From contig JBEKBP010000021.1 in NCBI GenBank assembly GCA_050015335.1, positions 18,319-82,318 of the forward strand: DNA of 64,000 bases, given 5' to 3'. A program made the translations under genes and the position numbers. This DNA comes from Candidatus Acidiferrales bacterium (GTDB taxonomy: Bacteria > Acidobacteriota > Terriglobia > Acidiferrales > UBA7541). The notes under the pieces are model-generated. The model had not been told where the DNA came from, did not search any database, and worked only from the letters and a program-made list of their open reading frames with translations. Of this stretch, positions 61,536-64,000 are shown piece by piece. The first letter of the stretch is position 1, and each line of letters starts with the position of its first letter.

Positions 61536-62777
61536 ATGCCCCGCACCACATCGATGACCTTCGGCGAAGCCCTACGCCTGGCCACGGCCAGCCTCTGGGC
61601 GCACAAGCTCCGCACCGTGCTCACACTGTTAGGAGTCGTGATCGGCGTCATGTCGGTGATCGCCGTCGTGAGCGTGGTGAACGGGCTGAACCGTTACGTC
61701 GGCGAACAGCTTTTTAACCTCGGCGCCGATGTCTTTCTGGTGAGCCGCGGTCCCGCGATCATCACGAACATCGATGAGTATGAGCAGACGCAGAAGCGCC
61801 GTAAATTCACGATGACAGACTTTGAAGCGGTGCGCGATGGGTGCCGCCGTTGTGCCGAGGTGGGCGGTTCGGTCGAACATCACGGCGCGCAGGTGAAATA
61901 TGGAGGCGATTACGTTTCAAACGCCGATATCCACGGCTGGACCGCCGAGATGCCCTCTCTCTACAACTATGATCTCGAAATCGGGCGCCACATCAATCAG
62001 ACCGACGTTTCGCAAGCCTCGCCGGTCTGCACCGTGGGCTACGACATCCCCGAGAAACTGTTTCCGGGGCAAGACCCGATCGGCCGGGGGATCCACGTGG
62101 ACAACGCGGATTGCCAGGTCATCGGCGTAGGCAAGAAGCTCGGCTCGGTGATGGGAACCTCGCGTGATGCGTGGATCGTTATGCCGGTCACCACGCTGCG
62201 CAAGATTTACGGCACCGACGATTCCGTGCGGCTCTGGATCAAAGCGGGCGGAACGCAGGCGCTCGACCCGGTGATGGATGAAGTGCGCATGATCGTGCGC
62301 GGGCGCCGGCACCTCCCCTACGCCGCTCCCGACGATTTCGTGGTCGAGACCAACCAATCCTTTCTGACGATCTGGGGCCAGCTGAGCGGCGCTTTCTTCG
62401 GCGTCACCATTCTGATCGCTTCGATTTCGCTCGTCGTGGGCGGCATTGTCATCATGAACATCATGCTCGTCTCGGTGACGGAGCGAACCCGCGAAATCGG
62501 CCTGCGAAAATCTCTGGGCGCGCGGCAGAGCGATATCCGGCTCCAATTCCTGATCGAGTCTTCCACCGTTGCCGCCATTGGAGGCCTCTGGGGAGTCGCG
62601 CTGGGGATTCTGCTCGCGAAGGTCGTCACCTGGACTACCGAGCTTCCCAACGTGATCCAACCGTGGTCTGTTCTGATGGGATTGCTCGTCGCCACGAGCG
62701 TGGGCCTGTTTTTCGGCATCTATCCGGCGGCAAAAGCGGCGCGGCTTGATCCCGTGGTCGCGCTGCGTTCGGAATAG
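61536..62777 (+). CDS. MacB/FtsX-type ABC transporter permease
   Basis: N-terminal TM (LRTVLTLLGVVIGVMSVIAV), a periplasmic MacB_PCD-like domain, and an FtsX domain with MNIMLVSVTERTREIGLRK. Confidence 0.8.
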   Translation: MPRTTSMTFGEALRLATASLWAHKLRTVLTLLGVVIGVMSVIAVVSVVNGLNRYVGEQLFNLGADVFLVSRGPAIITNIDEYEQTQKRRKFTMTDFEAVRDGCRRCAEVGGSVEHHGAQVKYGGDYVSNADIHGWTAEMPSLYNYDLEIGRHINQTDVSQASPVCTVGYDIPEKLFPGQDPIGRGIHVDNADCQVIGVGKKLGSVMGTSRDAWIVMPVTTLRKIYGTDDSVRLWIKAGGTQALDPVMDEVRMIVRGRRHLPYAAPDDFVVETNQSFLTIWGQLSGAFFGVTILIASISLVVGGIVIMNIMLVSVTERTREIGLRKSLGARQSDIRLQFLIESSTVAAIGGLWGVALGILLAKVVTWTTELPNVIQPWSVLMGLLVATSVGLFFGIYPAAKAARLDPVVALRSE

Positions 62778-62853
62778 CGGTTGGTCGTTCAAGAACACCC
62801 ATTTCCCCGATGGGCGGGGTGAACAGGGACGGGGAGAACGATGGGTTTCAACG

Positions 62854-64000
62854 ATGAACGGCGCTGAAAAAGAGCAAAGCCGCGGATTTCATGAACTCAG
62901 GGAAGCGGTCGAGCTATCCTTCGACGCGCTTCGCAGAAATCCGCTGCGGTCTTTTCTCACCGTGCTCGGCATCGTCATCGGCGTGAGCACTGTGATCGCC
63001 ATTGGCGCGATCGTCAACGGACTCAATACCAACGTGGTCGGCCAGATCGAATCGCTGGGCTCAAACGTCGTGATCTGCTACCGCTTTTCGTTCGTCACGC
63101 TCGGCCGCCGCTCCGCCGAGGAAATCCAGCGGAAAGAACTGAAAGCCGAATGGGCCGAGGGCATGTCCTATCTTCCCCACGTCGTGGCCGCCGCGCCTTC
63201 GGCTCGCATCCAGAATCCGGAGTTCGGCACCGGCACGAGCTTGGTTCGCCGCGGCGATATCCGCGTGCAGAACGTGATTCTTCAGGGCAATACGCCCTCC
63301 ATCGCGGATGTCAACAATCTCGTGGTCGAGCGCGGCCGTTTCTTCAATGACACCGACCAGCAGCATCGCTCGCCCGTCGTCGTCCTGGGATGGGACACGG
63401 CCGACACGCTTTTCCCCGCCCACGAAGATGCGCTTGGCAAAGAGGTATTGGTCGAGGGACAGGGCTTTACGGTGATCGGCGTCCTCGCCCACCAGGGCCA
63501 GGCTTTCGGCAACGGGAAGAATCCCAATGACAACATCGCTATCTTTCCCCTGTCCACGTTGCTGCGGCTGCATCCTGAGTACAAAGACTTCGCGATTTTC
63601 GTCAAAGCCGACGACGCCAACAACGTTCCCGAAGTCGCCGATGAGGTTCGCGGCTATTTGCGCCGGATGCGCCGCCTGCCCTCGGATAAGCCCGATGACT
63701 TTGCCGTGTTCACCACGGATTCCTTCATCGATCTGTGGAAGAAGATCTCCGATGGGATCTTCGCCGTGATGTTTGCGGTGGGCTCGGTCGCGCTTCTGGT
63801 GGGTGGGGTCGGTGTGATGAACATCATGCTTGTCAGCGTGACCGAGCGTACGCGCGAAATCGGCGTGCGCAAAGCCATCGGCGCGCGGCGTGCGAATATC
63901 TTGATGCAGTTCCTGCTGGAAGCGATCACGCTGGCGCTGATCGGTGGAACCCTCGGCGAACTCCTGGGAGCCACGCTGAGCCTTGCGGTCCGCGTCTTCT
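62854..64000 (+). CDS. Second MacB/FtsX-type ABC transporter permease (3' partial, runs off the window)
   Basis: My own translation from ATG 62854 gives MNGAEKEQSRGFHELREAVELSFDALRRNPLRSFLTVLGIVIGV...MNIMLVSVTERTREIGVRKAIGA. No stop occurs before nt 64000, so the ORF is absent from the track. Confidence 0.75.
   Translation, partial: MNGAEKEQSRGFHELREAVELSFDALRRNPLRSFLTVLGIVIGVSTVIAIGAIVNGLNTNVVGQIESLGSNVVICYRFSFVTLGRRSAEEIQRKELKAEWAEGMSYLPHVVAAAPSARIQNPEFGTGTSLVRRGDIRVQNVILQGNTPSIADVNNLVVERGRFFNDTDQQHRSPVVVLGWDTADTLFPAHEDALGKEVLVEGQGFTVIGVLAHQGQAFGNGKNPNDNIAIFPLSTLLRLHPEYKDFAIFVKADDANNVPEVADEVRGYLRRMRRLPSDKPDDFAVFTTDSFIDLWKKISDGIFAVMFAVGSVALLVGGVGVMNIMLVSVTERTREIGVRKAIGARRANILMQFLLEAITLALIGGTLGELLGATLSLAVRVF

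Overview
High-GC (roughly 60%) bacterial chromosome segment. The gene content points to Acidobacteriota/Terriglobia by inference only: CarboxypepD_reg-TonB-type outer-membrane proteins, tandem MacB/FtsX-type permeases, an acidobacterial-style VWA protein, and recurring AAGGGGGA Shine-Dalgarno sites. The window is mostly core housekeeping and covers the replication-origin neighbourhood: prmC-prfA (minus), then dnaA-dnaN-gyrB-gyrA (plus), with DnaA-box clusters on both sides of dnaA and an AT-rich unwinding element between dnaA and dnaN. It also holds the conserved ffh-rpsP-KH-rimM-trmD-rplS-rnhB cluster, plus nrdJ, glmM, thiE, lon, cca, dinB, pfk, rpmE, a long thyX-like gene, an ABC exporter operon and envelope proteins. 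I found no rRNA, tRNA or CRISPR array. The features most worth follow-up are not in the 60-aa ORF track. (1) A 29-codon polycysteine leader ORF (7 Cys in 10 codons) with a leaderless-type promoter, alternative pairings and an intrinsic terminator, directly upstream of a rhodanese gene; I read it as a candidate cysteine-sensing attenuator. (2) A decayed composite group II intron sitting immediately after an intrinsic terminator. (3) A self-contained 16-codon Lys-rich micro-gene. (4) A GAF-domain pseudogene inside the ffh-rpsP operon. (5) A recurrent leaderless gene-start architecture, with a -10 hexamer 6-9 nt before the ATG and no SD, at eight or more genes. (6) Candidate NrdR boxes ahead of nrdJ. 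All motif coordinates were hand-counted and may be off by 1-2 nt. Functional calls rest on recognised protein motifs, not on database searches.
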